Below are positions 60,751-64,000 of a stretch of DNA of 64,000 nucleotides, piece after piece. Position 1 is the first letter of the stretch. Each line of letters starts with the position of its first letter. A model generated the notes under the pieces. It searched no databases, was not told the origin of the DNA, and saw only the letters and a list, made by a program, of their open reading frames with translations. Source of the stretch: Setoptus koraiensis (Eukaryota > Animalia > Arthropoda); contig CM106586.1 in assembly GCA_048013815.1 (NCBI GenBank), positions 23,126,001 through 23,190,000 on the forward strand, written 5' to 3'. The position numbers and the translations under genes were made by a program.

Positions 60751-63700
60751 CGCGCTACATCGCGCTACATCGCGTCCATTGTGTAACAGCTAGCTGGCTG
60801 GTTAGCTCGTGTAGTGTATAGAGTACCGGTGTATAGAGTACCGGTATATAGAGTATAGCCTTCATTAAATTGGTGCGCACCATTGAAAGCAAAACATTCA
60901 AGGGGGGTTATCTTGGCTCGTACACTAGCTAGAAGCACCTAGCTAAAGTCGGTACAACATTTAATGCATCTAGTGGGCGCGAGATAATTTCTCTACAATC
61001 GCAAGTTGCAACAAATATACGGATGCAGCAAAACACGTTGAGATGACGGAAGAGCGAATGGCATGCACCAATAACTTCCTAATTGCAACAGACTGACACA
61101 GAGTTGTCTATTTAGGCATTTTCTGTTTGCTCTTCTGCTGCTGCTGTTGCTGCAGCAAATATTGCCGCTTCCTCTGGACAGATTAACGAGAGATTGAACT
61201 AATTCGGCTATCTGAAAGATGGATAATTTCAGCCAATGTCATCATCTAACAGAAAAATGCGCTTAAGTCGTCAACTTGGCACACTAGTGCAAAATCAACA
61301 TATATCACGTACCCTGAATATCAGCTGCCTCACACTTGCGAACTCTCTCTAGCTTTTGCGTGTGGCACGAGTCGCAACACGATCTCTTTCTCTATTTGTA
61401 GGCTATCGACAGCTCGATGATTCAGGTGTAAAAGTGCATAGTGGCGTAGGCTGCTTTGTATAGCGAGCAGATTCGAGAAGCATTCAATGCGGTAATAAAT
61501 CACGATACAAACCTAGTCGTTGGTTAACTAACAACAGTCACAGTTCGGCAGTTGGCTGCACCTCAGGGGCTTCAGTCAGCCACTAAAATAGCTAGACAGA
61601 CAGCAGGGCTAGTAACGTCGAGCTAAACGACTAAATGAGTAACATTGTATAATGCAATCATATAATAATAACAATAATGTACCCAAATGAACGAGTAATG
61701 ATTTTGGCGTGCCATCATTGGCTCACAAATGTTTGAGACATATCGAGTGCGGTTCGCGAGCATTGTCGAGGGAGCCATTGCGTGATAATACGACATCAAC
61801 AAGCTTACATGCTGCCATGATTGTACGGCAATAATCTCAGAAAAATTAATTAAGGGTTACTCATGCAGCCAACACCAGAATCAAATCACTTAGAGTTATG
61901 CGTATATATTATTACGATAATGGGAGCACACATAGCTTGACCAAGCGAGGGTCAGGTGCCCGAGCACAAGTATCCAACTTATTTCAATAACAAAAACAAC
62001 GAGTTAATCTTATTTGCTTCACATAACTTATCCTTGTATCTTTTGTGTGTGTCATTATCATAATTCACATCATTAGAGTAATGCAGCAGAATTTAGCTTT
62101 CGATCGTTGGCTTCTATGTTGCCAATAGTCGCCACTTCTTATGATATAGGGGCGCTATTTGCAGCAGCACCACCACCAAACATAGCAATACATTCATCCA
62201 TAGATTAGCTAGTTGCAGCTTTCACGTGATACTAGTTGAGTATTTACTAGTGAATATCATGAGTTGTTGCTGACCGCTAGCCACTACATGAAATTAGACA
62301 AGGTCTCTCTGGTCAGCTGGAAACTAAATTGATTGAGTATAGTAGTAATCCAGTCGTAACATAGTCGTCATCAGCAACACAAGCATGAGTGTGAGCGTTG
62401 GCGGATAATATCATGGTTCATGATATATAGTGCTTACCGTAAGGAGCCGACTACTTAGGAAATTCAGTTACATACTCTCAATCTTTCAGTGCAAGCTACC
62501 ATTTGGTGCCTATATGTGCCTTACCGTTTGCTGTTAACGCTAGTCGCTACCGTTAGGTATAAGAGCGTATGTTTACATGAATATTCAGCATCGTGCCAAT
62601 AGTTAATCTATTCAGTGGATATCTATAGCAGCTGATTAACTGACCATCCACTTATTGCCAACTAGAATCTTGCTCTGGTCACTGAGAGCGTCATTAAACG
62701 GTGTCTCCCTTTGATCACGATCAACATAATTAACATCAGAAACGTTGGTTAGTTAGTTGCCTGTTAGTTGGGCAGCTCTAATAAAGACAAAAAAATCTAT
62801 CCGCTTTCATGATTTGTCGCTACTCGAAATAGACTACGACCATAGTGGCTTGAACTTACCTATAAGCCAACAAAAGCCCAACTCGCACAACAGTATTAAT
62901 TAATGTTAACGAAGCTTGCCAAATGGATTAGATTAGCTCGAATCGAGCTTACTAGAAACTACTGTTTGCTACCGCTATCAATAGTCAAAAATATCAACAA
63001 AATGCACTTGAAACAAACACGTTCGCATCGGCCATGAAACGCCCGAGGTCTCTCTTTCTGTGTGTGTGTTTATACAGTTTGTATAGGTATATGACAGTGC
63101 GGACAAAAACCACCCACTACTAGACCCACTGGCACTACCACCGCCAAATACGACTGGAACACTTTATTTACGACCGTCGTGATATACTTTATGCTAAATC
63201 ATAATCAATTAGAGCTTAATCAATGGGGCGCCCCAGATAGGTTCAACACTTGCCGTTGCTTTCTTTCCTACTCTTTCGCACTCGAATGCAAGCAATATCA
63301 TCTCTTTGCCTTTGGACATTCCTATTGACTTGCAATGATCAGTCTCAGACTGACTTAAGTGCTCAAGACGTCATAAATAAACTCAGTACGACAAGGCAAT
63401 TCAATTGGTGGTGGTGGTGAGATCGAAATGAATGGTCCTCAATCAATTTACACAAGACACTTCGACAAAATGAGAGGCTCAAGAAGTTAATAAGCAAACG
63501 AAAGTGCATGTACCTCTTTTAGTCACTAAGCTTCAAGTCGTCGTCAGTTCGTGCACACCTCAAATCAGTAATACTTTCCCATGAACACAATCCCAGCTAA
63601 GTACATCCTCATAGCAGCCTGAAATTTACAGCAAATTCAACGAATCGCTGTAAAGGACCTTTGACTAATTTGGAAACCGTGTTCCATCGACGAAACCTGA

Positions 63701-63917
63701 TGAAATGCAGATCAGTATGCGGCTTTGACCTTGATTCCCAGATTATACCAAGACCAAAACGAGAGAGAGAGAGAGAAAATGAAGTTGAAATTCGCAGAAT
63801 CTATGACAACACTAACACAACTCATTTATATATGTATATACATTTATACAGGGAAACACTACAATGTACAGGCACTATAACAGTTAGAACATTCGGATTG
63901 GATTTGCATTACAGATT

Positions 63918-64000
63918 CTAAGCGGTGCTCTCTTTCTCATCATCGTGCTTGTTAGCTTTTTCGAGCGGGGGAGGTTCTACGAAATATGGCAAACGACCTC
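63918..64000 (-). CDS. GNL2: 3' end of a second GNL2 copy running off the window
   Basis: 63970-64000 is identical to 49620-49650 (31 bp). It translates as [26 protein letters not shown]-stop, versus [16 protein letters not shown]-stop in the first copy. Confidence 0.72.
   Translation of the reverse strand, partial: GRLPYFVEPPPLEKANKHDDEKESTA

Noticed and set aside
60464-63921. Short ORFs and small repeats (ATCGCGCTAC x3, GTATAGAGTACCG x2-3) in the final 3.5 kb
   Set aside because: No domain or element hallmarks; treated as ordinary intergenic or UTR DNA.

Overview
Eukaryotic animal genomic DNA with one 500-N scaffold gap (33423-33922). The gene content is arthropod-like (CYP307/spook, DOS/Gab, innexin, Ly6). 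Many normally multi-exon genes are intronless and most predicted introns are short (about 107-173 bp), which fits a miniaturised mite genome such as an eriophyoid; this taxon call is inference only. Genes in order: XRN1 (+, C-terminally truncated, internal 72-nt repeat); a DUF1057-like alpha/beta hydrolase (+); an inverted 5' duplicate of XRN1 (-); CYP307 (-); a long (CACCAT)n array; a DOS/Gab terminal exon (-); a highly divergent innexin (+); DENND1 (-); an unnamed single-pass membrane protein (-, runs into the gap); PGM3 (+, 5' end in the gap); an orphan ORF (+); GRAMD1/Aster (-); WDR62/MAPKBP1 (-); CDC23 (+); GNL2 (-); ATP13A1 (+); a GPI-anchored Ly6 protein with a large insertion (+); and the 3' tip of a second GNL2 copy at the window edge (-). 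The most unusual structure is the XRN1 inverted-repeat cassette. Its two arms have an identical 630-nt coding tract but diverged flanks, and they bracket a 6.6-kb segment. No rRNA, tRNA, CRISPR array or recognisable transposase/RT was found. All comparisons were done by eye, without database searches.
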